From Octopus sinensis (lineage: Eukaryota): a DNA stretch of 64,000 nt. The stretch lies in NCBI RefSeq assembly GCF_006345805.1, contig NC_043013.1, forward strand, positions 44,330,001 through 44,394,000. The letters run 5' to 3'. Positions 1 to 10,309 of this stretch are shown in pieces. Made by a program: the position numbers and the translations under genes. The notes under the pieces were generated by a model. That model was not told the DNA's origin. It saw nothing but the letters and a program-made list of their open reading frames with translations, and made no database searches. Position 1 is the first letter of the stretch; each line of letters begins with the position of its first letter.

Positions 1-40
1 TTTTGGGGGAAAAATGCAGATTATACTCGAGGATTTGCGG
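1..40. mobile_element. Right terminus of a Tc2/pogo-like DNA transposon (CCGYA-type TIR), cut by the window edge
   Basis: The reverse complement reads CCGCAAATCCTCGAGTATAATC and is flanked by TA at 41-42. CCGTA-type termini with a TA TSD are typical of Tc2/pogo-related elements. Only one end is visible. Confidence 0.4.
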
Positions 41-322
41 TATGGTAAAAATCTATAGAATTTTCAACCCTTTCATATATGCATCTTTTATCTTTTACTC
101 ATTTCAGTGATTAGACTGTGGCCATGCTGGGGCACTGCCTAGAGGAATTTTAGTTGAATGAATAGACACCAGTGCTTTTTTTTTTTTTTTTTTTAAACCT
201 GGTACTCATTCTGTCAGTCTCTTTTGCTGAACTGCTTTGTTCTGGGGATTTAAACACACCAACACTGGTTGTCAAGCGGTGGTGGGGGACAAACACAAAG
301 TCACACACACATAAATACATAC

Positions 323-373
<51 letters not shown>

Positions 374-584
374 AAATGTGACTGCGTGTGTACCGTTGGC
401 GATTTTTTTTCCTCCGTCTTCCCTTCTCTGGATCTTTCCTTTTCCTATGTTTCTGACGAAGAGCTCCGCTCGAAACGTAAAACCCTCCTTCTTCCCTTCC
501 TTCCTGAGCGTCTAATAATACTATATTTGTTCCACATCCTCGCGTTGTTGTTTTCTCTTTGTGTTTTCATGTTTGGATTAACTT

Positions 585-590
<6 letters not shown>
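374..590 (+). mobile_element. Non-autonomous Penelope-like terminal fragment carrying a hammerhead motif, flanked by (TA)n
   Basis: Contains CTGACGA-A-GAGC-TCC-GCTC-GAAACGTA. Related segments at about 37715-37900 (-) and 38770-38945 (+) share the motif, a downstream TGAGCG/TGGGCG word and a (TA)n end. The Penelope assignment is inferred from the known association of such minimal hammerheads with PLEs. Confidence 0.6.
449..483 (+). ncRNA. Minimal type I hammerhead ribozyme motif (dimer-dependent)
   Basis: Stem I GTTT 449-452 / AAAC 480-483; core CTGACGA 453-459 plus an extra A; stem II GAGC/GCTC; GAAA 472-475; loopless palindromic stem III ACGT; GUA triplet with predicted cut after 479. Confidence 0.7.
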
Positions 591-648
<58 letters not shown>

Positions 649-1339
649 CAAGCTTCTTTCAGCGTCCGTCTACCAAATCCACTCACAAGGCCTTGGTTGG
701 CCTCAAGCTATAGAAGACACTTGCCCAAGGTGCCATGCAGTGGGACTGAACCTGCAACCATGTGATTGGAAGCAAGCTTCTTACCACACAGCCATGCTTA
801 TATTTTCTTAAATGTTTATAAGAAAATATATTTCTATAGAATACACACACATTCTGAAGTAACACATGTACACACACACACACACACAAACATTCATAAA
901 TGCCTGTGTGAATGAGTTAATCCCTTGCTGTTGTTCCCTTCAACAGTTTATAAGCTCCAGTCATGTGGATATCCTCATAATGAAGTGAATAAATATTTTT
1001 TAGTCAATGAAGAAGAAAATGTGTGTGGAATGAGAAATTGAAATGGAAGGACAGTGGGGGTCGTGGGGGATGGAAGGGGGAAAGAGCAAAAGAAAGAAAA
1101 AAAAGAATGGAAAAGAAAAGGCCTAAGGTAAATTATAAGAGTCAAGAGAAGATTATCAAGAAGGGTGAACAGAGTAAGCTTACCATTTGAAGTTAAACAA
1201 AAGGAAAATAAGCATATAGCCTGTCCAAGTGAAGTTATTTCTATACCTGCTTTATTGACAGCTACTGACAAACTAACTGGGTGGATTTTATGTAGTCACT
1301 AGATTTGCTAGAAATAGCAGCTATATCTTTGGCAGATCA

Positions 1340-1800
1340 TCATCATCACCATCAACATCATTGTTTAACGTCCGTTTTCCATGCCGGCATGGGTTGGACA
1401 GTTTGACTGGGAGTCTGGGAAGCCAGGAGGCTGCACCAGGCTCCAGTCTGATCTGGCAGTGTTTCTACAGCTGGATGCCCTTCCTAACGCCAACCACTCT
1501 GAGAGTGTAGTGGGTGCTTTTTACATGCCACTGGCACAGGGGCCAGAGGGGGCTGGCACTGACCGCGTTTGGATGGTGCTTTTATGTGTCACCGGCACGG
1601 GAGCCAGAGAGGGCTGGTATCGGCCATGTTTGCTTTTACATGCCACCAGCACAGGAGCGAGAGGGGGCTGGCTGGCATCGACCACGTTTGGATGGTGCTT
1701 TTATGTGCCACTTGCACAGGAGCCAGTCAAGGTGAGGGGGCAGGCATCAACCATGTTTGGATGGTGCTTTTTACATTCCACCGGCACGGGGGAGCCAGGT
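1340..1800 (-). mobile_element. SINE-like family 4 (RTE-type (GAT)n tail, internal tandem subrepeats)
   Basis: Shares ATCATCATC-GTTTAACGTCC and GGATGCCCTTCCTAACGCCAACCAC with copies at 8366-9040, 15097-15455, 42880-43140, 44520-44735 (+) and a fragment at 2165-2345. Confidence 0.75.
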
Positions 1801-2454
1801 GTTTCACCGTGGGACTGAACTTGAAACCAAGTGGTTGGGATGCAAACTTCTTAACCACACAGATATGCCTGCATCTATTAATTTATTCTTACAAACTATA
1901 TGCGAGTGAGTGAATTTCAGAGTGCGATGGCTTGTCGGATAGATTCAAGGAATATCTTTGAAAACTCTTTTCCCGATGCCATACTAATTCCTATTACTTA
2001 TGTTGTTTTGTTTAGTTTGGTGTTTTACACACACACACACACACACACACATATTTGTGTGTATGGATGAGTGTTTGTATATCTTTGCATTTATACTAAT
2101 CAGGCAGTGGTGATGCTTGTTTATTTCCTCCTTAAATCATAGCACATCATCCAACAGTACATCATAATCATCATCAACAACAACAACAACAGTTAATGTC
2201 TGTTTTACATGCTTGTATGGGCTGGACAGCTTTAGAGGAACTGGCAAGCAGGGAGGCTGCACCAGATTCCATATTATGTTTTGGCTTGGTTTCTATGGCT
2301 GTATGCCATTCCTACCACCAACCACTTTACAGAATGTACTGGGTACTTTTTATGTGGTACTCTCTCTTTTTTACTTGTTTCAGTCATTTAACTGCGGCCA
2401 TGCTGGAGCACCACCTTTAGTCGAGCAAGTCGACCCCAGGACTTATTCTTTGTA

Positions 2455-2765
2455 GTTAGGGTTAGGGGTGGGGGGAAGGGTATTTTTTTTTCTTCAGAAA
2501 TGTAAATAAACCCAATCTGTTTCTTAAACGAGGGACATATTCATACAGCACAGAATGTTTTTTACCTCAATAGACGCCACTGATTGGTTGAAATTGCAGA
2601 AATTGAAGAAAAAACACATCAAATATCTTACAAACTATAGAATTTTCTCAATAAAGCCAAAAGAAAAAGATGTTTTATAAACACATTCTCCCAGTATACG
2701 AAGTTTAAAATTTTTTAGTTACCTAGAAATTATGTTAAAAACTGCCGTTCAAACCGAAAAGATCC
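2455..2765. mobile_element. Merlin-like GGATC MITE, truncated at one end
   Basis: Matches the complete copy at 36715-37140, contains GTTAGGGTTAGGGG and ends AAAAACTGCCGTTCAAACCGAAAAGATCC. Confidence 0.8.
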
Positions 2766-2832
2766 AAATCCTCTCCCTTTCTTACTCTCCTTTATCTCTC
2801 TTTCACCTTCTCTAACAGTAATTTTAATGTAG

Positions 2833-2906
2833 CAACAAGAAGACTATGGACAGGATACACTCCTTTTTATACTGGAACATAGCAAGTTCTATGTCAACAT
2901 TGCAGA
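2833..2906 (+). CDS. Candidate exon of an unidentified transcript (QQEDYGQDTLLFILEHSKFYVNIA)
   Basis: Long pyrimidine tract 2770-2818, AG at 2817 or 2831, and a strong GTAAGT donor at 2907. One frame is open. No family recognised; it may be non-coding. Confidence 0.25.
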
Positions 2907-3026
2907 GTAAGTAAACACTCAGCAGTGACATTGAGCTTCTCTCAAAGACTTTTATGGTGAGCTGTACTGCCATATGGTATTTATTTACTGACAAATCAAA
3001 TGAGGAAACGTCTACACATTTGCTTG

Positions 3027-3427
3027 GTTTACCAGAAATAACAGCTTAGATCCTCTCCTCTCCCCTCACCAAAGAACGCCTTATCAATGTCTTAGGAAGG
3101 ATAAAAGCAAATTGAATAATGTAGCTTCATACATATACACCTACAGAGATGGAGTGGTCATGGCTGGAATGCCTATAGTCATTGATAGGTTTGCTCAATC
3201 AAAGATGATCTGGGTCAAAACAACAACTTATTTACCAGAAACAACAGCCTAGATCCCACCCCCAAGGCACATCTTATCAATGTCTTAGGAAGGACAAAAG
3301 CAAATTGAATAGTGTAGCTTTATACATATACACCTACAAAGATGGAGTGGTCATGGCTGGAATGCCTATAGTCATTGATAGGTTTGCTCAAAGATGATCT
3401 GGGTCAAAACAACGACTTATTTACAGA
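3027..3427. repeat. Tandem duplication of a roughly 200 bp unit
   Basis: 3027-3233 and 3234-3427 align throughout, with scattered substitutions and small indels. Confidence 0.85.
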
Positions 3428-3551
3428 TTTAACTGGATCAGTGAAAGGGGTTTCTTTTATGAATACAAACTCTTGACCATTTAACTGGCTAAATTGATAC
3501 CCTTCAGTCTCAACCAGTTGTGACACACTTTTATATTTTATAAGGCATTAA

Positions 3552-3762
3552 CCCTTTCGTTACTGAATTTATTTTGAGATGCTCTGTATTTCTTTGAATT
3601 ACTTTAAATATAACAAAGAATTTAAGTAAAATAACTTAGTTATCATTCAGCTGGTGTTAGAAACATAAATTGTGACTAAGATTTGGTAGAAGATTTTAAT
3701 TCAAAACAAGACATTTGTACTCAGAGCCAGAGCTGTTTTCGGCCTGGTTGGTAACGAAAGGG
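3552..3762. mobile_element. piggyBac-type MITE
   Basis: TTAA on both sides and a 12-bp TIR CCCTTTCGTTAC/GTAACGAAAGGG. An inverted sister copy lies at 50338-50557. Confidence 0.9.
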
Positions 3763-4651
3763 TTAAGGTGATGAGCTGGCAGAATTGTTAGAGCCTAAGA
3801 AAAATGCTTTGCCATATTTCATTTGATTCTTTATACATTTGGAGCTCAAATTCCACCAAGGTCCAAGTACTGGGGGGGATGTCAATGCTATTAGCTAACC
3901 CTTTCCTCCAAATTTTGAGCCATGTGCCTGTATTAAAAACAATATATATTTCATGTGGTATTTATCTGCTATTTTAGCTCATCATCACAACCAAATTCTG
4001 CTGATCAAGAAGTCCTACCAATCTCCAAGGCCCTGAAAAAAAGGTCATGAACACTGTATTTCTTCCTCCTACTAAATTATATGCAAAAGAAAAAAAAAAT
4101 ATTATGATCTATGGTATTCCAACTGTGACCATTCCAACTTTTTTTTTTCAACCTTTGTGTATCAATATTAACCAATATGTACTTCCCAATAGGCTGTAGA
4201 TGGTGATATGAAGGAGATTGAGCTACTATTTCTAACAGATCAAGCAATGATACAGAGCTGCCCATATTTGTCAATCGTGTTATTTTTGGTAAATATTTAT
4301 CAAGAATTTTATTTTGAAGTTATTGGATTGACAGAAAGTTTATATCACAGGAATACAAAAACAAAAAAAACAAAAATTCTTATCTTCTCTCTTTCCTTTC
4401 ATCCTCCCACATGTGAAAGAAAAATATATAAAGAAAACCATGAATAAAAAAAAAAGGGTAAACAGAGATCAAAGAAACCTAGGGAAAGATAAGCCAAGGT
4501 GAGCTGGGACGAGAGACATATTATCCTCTTCTGCCTGTTTTTGCAGGATTTTAAATGATAATTTTGTGTATGAAAATGTACTTAATCTTGCCAAGTAGAC
4601 TGTTTTAAGTTAGAATTAAAATTAATTAAAAGTAATTAAAACACATAATTA

Positions 4652-4817
4652 GGCGCAGGAGTGGCTGTGTGGTAAGTAGCTTGTTTACCAACCACATGGT
4701 TCCGGGTTCAGTCCCACTGCATGGCACCTTGGGTAAGTGTCTTCTACTATAGCCTCGGGCCGACCAAAGCCTTATGAGTGGATTTGGTAGACGGAAACTG
4801 AAAGAAGCCTGTCGTAC

Positions 4818-4860
<43 letters not shown>

Positions 4861-5080
4861 CGTGTGTGTTTGTGTATCTGTGTTTGTCCCCCTAGCATTG
4901 CTTGACAACCGATGCTGGTGTGTTTATGTCCCCGTAACTTAGCGTTTCGGCAAAAGAGAGCGATAGAGTAAGTACTGGGTTTACAAAAGAATAAGTCCCG
5001 GGGTCGAGTTGCTCGATTAAAGGTGGTGCTCCAGCATGGCTGCAGTCAAATGACTGAAACAAGTAAAAGAGAGAGAGTAA
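4652..5080 (+). mobile_element. tRNA-derived SINE family 1, full length
   Basis: A-box-like TGGCTGTGTGG, B-box-like GGTTCAGTCC, central (TA)n/(TG)n and an A-rich tail. About 30 copies or fragments occur in the window in both orientations. Confidence 0.9.
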
Positions 5081-5270
5081 CTTGACTGTGATCATTGCAA
5101 TTCACATTTCTTCCAAATGTTATTTGAATTATTACGAAATATATTTCTCTCATGGTATTTTATGTTTTTGTGGCTCTATTCTTCCTCTACAACTTCTTTA
5201 CCATTCTTGAAATGTGAATAAATTTTACCTCATTTCAGACATATGATGATGGAGAGCCAAACAGAAAGAA

Positions 5271-5715
5271 TTGAGCTGGCAGAAACGTTAGCATGCTAGG
5301 TGAAATGCTCAGCGGTATTTCATAAGGCGGTGAGCTGGCAGTATCGTTAGCACGCCGGGTGAAATGCGTAGCCGTATTTCATCTGCTGTTACGTTCTGAG
5401 TTCAAATTCCGCTGAGGTCGACTTTGCCTTTCATCCTTTCGGGGTCGATAAATTAAGTACCAGTTACACACTGGGGTTGATATAATTGACTTAATCCATT
5501 TGTCTGTCCTCTCTGTGTTTAGGTATTTCATCTGCCGTTACATTCTGAGTTCAAGTTCCGCCAAGGTCGACTTTGCCTTTCATCCTTTCAGGGTCGATAA
5601 CTTTAGTACCAGTTATGCACTGGAGTCGATGTAATTGACTTAATCCCTTTGTCTGTCTTTGTTTGTCCCCTCTATGTTTAGCCCCTCGTGGGCATTAAAA
5701 AACCAAAATAAGAAA
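5271..5715 (+). mobile_element. tRNA-derived SINE family 2 with a duplicated head and two body modules
   Basis: Head GAGCTGGCAG-AAACG/TATCG-TTAGC, B-box GAGTTCAAATTC, repeated GTATTTCATCTG module. The flanks AAAGAATTGAG and AAAGAACTGAG resemble a TSD. Confidence 0.85.
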
Positions 5716-5879
5716 GAACTGAGCATTTTTGACACTTGCTTCTTTTCATTTCCAGAAACAACTTTGTGTTGACTGAAACTATTCTCTTAGGCAAGTACCT
5801 CTACATTCCATACACATCAAAAATCTAGTGTCACCAAATGCCACAAGGGATTCATTCATAATTGCATTGAAACTGTTCA

Positions 5880-7775
5880 GGTAAAATGACCTACAACACC
5901 TGTTGAGACTTATCCACCTCTAAAATTGGGTGATGTTTACTCAGTAATACAACCTCCACAGGACCATATCAAAACCACGAAAGATAACTTCATGCATTAT
6001 TCAGCCCTCAAGCTATCCCGTCTTTCAAACTGCAGCTGATTTTGGGAGTTTCCTTACCAGAAAATTGTCTGTCAACTTTTACAGATTCCTCTTTCTCTTC
6101 ACTTCACAGCAACTATGATTCTACGAGTAGTAAGTAACCCCTCCACCATCACTGCTCGCTTTCCCATCAACTCAGTACTGAATATATTTGATAAATCTCT
6201 CCTTCTACCTGCCTAGGTCAAGTGCAAAAGTACTTTCAACCACTTCAAACATTTTAGGCCATCATTGGCCATGTTCTTGTCCTATTACCCTTAAACATTG
6301 CACTCTAGAACTAGCCCCTGAAATCACGAAACTCTTCAATCTTTTTCTCTGTCAATATGATTTACTTTTTCTTTGGAAAAGCACTCCAATGGGTCCCATT
6401 TTCAGGAAAAGCAATTCCTTGGACTCATCCTACTATCACTTCATTACACACTAACTTTTAATTTCTCTTAACAACGCCACCCTTCAATATTTCTCTCTTT
6501 CTCTTTCTTCTCTGTCTATCTATCTCTTTCTGGCTGTCTGTCTGTTTGTCTCTCTCTCCCTTGCTTCTCTATCTCTTTCTAGCTGTCTATTTGTCCCTCT
6601 TTCTCTCTCTCTCTCAATGAAACCACTACAGTTTCTGAATAGACAGATTCACAGGTAATGTCCTCTCTTTTGTTATGGCCCTCGACATCATCAAAGCTTC
6701 CAACCATGTGCGGCACATGAATCTCCTATGGAAATAGCCCACCTATCGACTTCACCTGTTTCTCATCTCTTGGATTAGTAACCTCCTAATCAGATCGTCC
6801 TTATTACCAAGTGTATTGCTGGAGCTCTTTCTGTCACCCATTCTTTCGACTATGGCATGTTCCTGTGTTAAATATTTCTCCTAAACATCAATGACTTGCT
6901 GTCATGGCCAACAACACCCATTTTTGCACAATTGTTACTACATTTCATCCCTTCCTAACATTCCTCAAATATGTGTCATCTATTTGCAAATCTAGACACC
7001 ATATGTCAAACCCACATTGACTCCCTGAAGAGAGACACTGGAAGCACATTCCAATGGAAATGTGCCAATCTTGTCACTTTTAACCGGAAGAAAACACAAA
7101 AGCTTCTCATCTCAAGCACCATACCCGCTCTTAATTATGGACAGCACTCAGTTAAAGCCCTTATGTTTGGTCTCCCAATTACTGAAGATCTCTGTTGGGG
7201 AAACACATCCATAATGTTACAAGGACTGCATTCCAATGACTGGCCCTCACATCTGGGATGGTACTGCTGCTGCACACATAGACATCTCAGACCGTATCTA
7301 GAAAAAGGCCATCTAACTGGTTGGTATAAAGTCACAGACACACTCCAGCCTCTGGACGACAAGTATGGTCTCTTCTCTCGCTAGCTTTTGTACTGCCACT
7401 ATGATGGCCTTTGCTCTACTGACAGATTCTTGACACACGTCTCTCCTCTCAGCATCTGTGTTGTGTACAGACCCAGTAGTGTAGATAGGGGGTGAGTCAG
7501 GTGGGTGGCCTATCCAGGCAACGCTGAGAGCGGCACTTTTGAGGTCTGCTGTATAAGGCTTATATCGGTGTGGGGTGGGTAGCAAACTCAAGAGCTGCCC
7601 CTGGTAGCACACATTGTAGCTATGCTATTGTCCAGATCCGAGATTCCACACTAATTATTACACCCAGTCCTTCTTTCTCAGAATGTTGACCCTCTGGAAT
7701 TCCCTTCTGCTCATATCTTTCCCACAAGTCTTGACTTAAAAGATTCAAAAGTAACATTCATGTTATCAACCATAA
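5880..7775 (+). mobile_element. Decayed CR1-group LINE, RT and 3' region
   Basis: Fragmentary translations LKHCTLELAPEITKLFNL, ALDIIKASNHVRH, HIWDGTAAAH and TLWNSL match CR1-type RT motifs (LKxCAPELA, ALDIxKAFDxVWH, LWNSLP). Many stops and frameshifts. Confidence 0.8.
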
Positions 7776-7786
7776 CAGTCTAGGAC

Positions 7787-8231
7787 AGTGGTTCTCAACT
7801 AGGATCCATGTGACCACTCGGGGGTCCATATAAGATTGTTGGGAGTTCATGCAAGTAAAATAGTAAATTGGGTCCACAGTTGTATTTTAAGGGTAACTGG
7901 AAAAAAAAAATGTTGCTTTAAATGTATTTATTGCCAGAAACAGCTAGGTTTCTTTCTCTAAGGTTTTACATACTGTAACATGTTTCCAGATGCTGAAACA
8001 TGCTCTCTAAGAGACTGTGGCCATGCTGGGGCACAGCCTAGAGGAATTTTAGTTGAATGAATAGACACCAGTACTTTTTTTATTTTTTTAAACCTGGTAC
8101 TCATTTTGTCAGTCTCTTTTGCTGAACTGCTTTGTTCTGCGGATGAAAAAACACCAACACTGGTTGTCAAGCGGTGGTGGGGGACAAACACAAAGTCACA
8201 CACACATAAATACATACATGTGTGTATATAT

Positions 8232-8262
<31 letters not shown>

Positions 8263-8365
8263 AAGATAGATATATATAGAAAATTTTAAAAAGTATCTTT
8301 AAAGCTAGTTTATAAACATTGAATGGCTATGGGGGTCTGCCAGAATAAAATAGTAATGAAAGGGG
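7787..8365. mobile_element. hAT/Charlie-like MITE interrupted by a SINE fragment and truncated by a family-4 element
   Basis: Starts CAGTGGTTCTCAACT and shares GGGGTCCATATAAGATT and AACATTGAATGGCTATG with the complete copy at 17784-18032. Confidence 0.65.
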
Positions 8366-9040
8366 TCATCATCATCATCATCGTTTAACATCCACTTTCT
8401 ATGCTAGCATAGATTGGACGATTTGACTGAGGGCTGGCAAACCAGATGGCTGCACCAGGCTCCAATCTTGATCTGGCAGAGTTTCTACAGCTGGATGCTC
8501 TTCCTCACGCCAACCACTCCGAGAGTGTAGTGGGTGCTTTTACATGCTACCGGCACGGGGGCCAGTCAGGCGGTACTGGCAATGACCTCGCTCGAATGTT
8601 TTTACACATGCTACCAGCATAAGTGCCAGTAAGGCGATGCTGGTAATGATCACACTCGAATGGTGCCTTTTTACATGCCAAGGCATGGGGGCCAGTCAGG
8701 CGGTACTGGCAACGACCTCGCTCTAATGTTTTTACACATGCCACCGGCATAAGTGCCAGTAAGGCGATGCTGGTAACGATCACGCTCGAATGGTGCATTT
8801 TACGTGCCACCGGCATGGAAGCCAGTTAGCCGCTCTGGCAATGATCACGCTCGGATGATGCTCTTAGCACCCTACTAGCACGGGGCACAAGTGCCAGTAA
8901 GGCAACGCTGGTAATGATCGCACTCAAATTTTGCCTTTTATGTGCCACTGGCACGGAAGCCGTTTAGCTGCTCTATCAACGATCACATTCGCATGGTGCT
9001 CTTTGCACCCTTCTAGCACGGATGCCAGCCATTGAATTTG
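8366..9040 (-). mobile_element. SINE-like family 4 with expanded internal subrepeats
   Basis: Several repeats of GCCAGTCAGGCGGTACTGGCAACGACCTCGCTC and AGTGCCAGTAAGGCGATGCTGG modules. Confidence 0.8.
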
Positions 9041-9588
9041 ATTTTGACTTGTCAGTATGTAAAAAACGATTGAGAACTGGGAAGGCCAGCAAAAGCCATT
9101 GACACTGTCGTGTCATTCAGATCCAACTGTTTATGATATATACATACTTGTTTTGTAGTGTTTAATAAATTGTAAATGTTTTGCTATGTGTATTTTATAG
9201 TTACATTTAATACATTACAGATGTGTATATGGATATATGTTTATATACATATACCTCTGAAAGGGGGAGCCCCGCCACGTCATAACGGTAGAGGAGTAGG
9301 GGCCGAAACCGGACATGGTTCTTCCTGATGATGTCTTGAGATAACTGGATCCTATAAAGCAGTTGTTGTGCTAGCAGACCACGAAACACGGTTGTAATTC
9401 CTGGGTGTGTTGTTAATGTGTGCATGCATGTGTGTGTGTGTGTGTGTGTGAAATGCACAAATATTTTCATATATGCCGACACTCCCTAAAATTTCAGGTC
9501 TTCTGCCTATAGTAGAATCATCATCACCACCATTATTATTTTCCTACTACTTTAATTCAGTGACCAACCTATGCATAGTTACCCTTCT

Positions 9589-9620
<32 letters not shown>

Positions 9621-9622
<2 letters not shown>

Positions 9623-10030
9623 CGTAGGAGTGGCTGTGTGGTAAGTAGCTTGCTTACCCACATGGTTCCGGGTTCAGTCCCACTGCGTGGCATCTTGGGC
9701 AAGTGTCTTCTGCTATAGCCTCGGGCCGACCAATGCCTTGTGGGTGGATTTGGTAGACGGAAACTGAAAGAAGCCTGTCGTATATATGTATATATATATA
9801 TATAAGTGTGTGTGTATATGTTTGTGTGTCTGTGTTTGTCCCCCTAGCATTGCTTGACAACTGATGCTGGTGTGTTTATGTCCCCGTTACTTAGCGGTTC
9901 AGCAAAAGAGACCGATAGAATAAGTACTGGGCTTACAAAGAATAAGTCCCGGGGTCGATTTGTTCGACTAAAGGCGGTGCTCCAGCATGGCCGCAGTCAA
10001 ATGACTGAAACAAGTAAAAGAGTAAAAAGA
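9621..10030 (+). mobile_element. SINE family 1, full length
   Basis: Consensus match from the GGCGTAGGAG head to the A-rich tail. Confidence 0.9.
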
Positions 10031-10039
10031 GAGAGTATA

Positions 10040-10085
<46 letters not shown>

Positions 10086-10309
10086 GTCCGATTCTTCAAA
10101 ATTCAGTTATGTGATCTGCAATGGGTAGTTATGAAACTCTACCAACAACTAACCTCAATTCCTCAATAAATAAACATAATTTATTTTTCCAATAAATACC
10201 CATTTCCTTTTGTTTGTAAATACAAACGCACAGACACACACATTCACATACGCATACACACAAAACATATTTACCCAAGAATATCACCCTCTTATGGTGA
10301 TGAAATTAC

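Larger units (their letters stand above)
95..795 (-). mobile_element. tRNA-derived SINE family 1, interrupted at its internal (TA)n by a Penelope-like insert
   Basis: Both halves match the family-1 consensus seen intact at 4652-5080. Foreign sequence 374-590 sits inside the TA run. Confidence 0.85.

Noticed and set aside
2833-2906. YGQDTLLFILEHSKFYV loosely resembles the TERT TEN-domain segment (GDDxxxxLLxxxxxF)
   Set aside because: Only a few residues match and no other TERT motif appears in the window.
4652-4730. tRNA-like heads of SINE families 1-3
   Set aside because: They have A/B boxes but no complete cloverleaf, and they continue into SINE bodies, so they are not tRNA genes.
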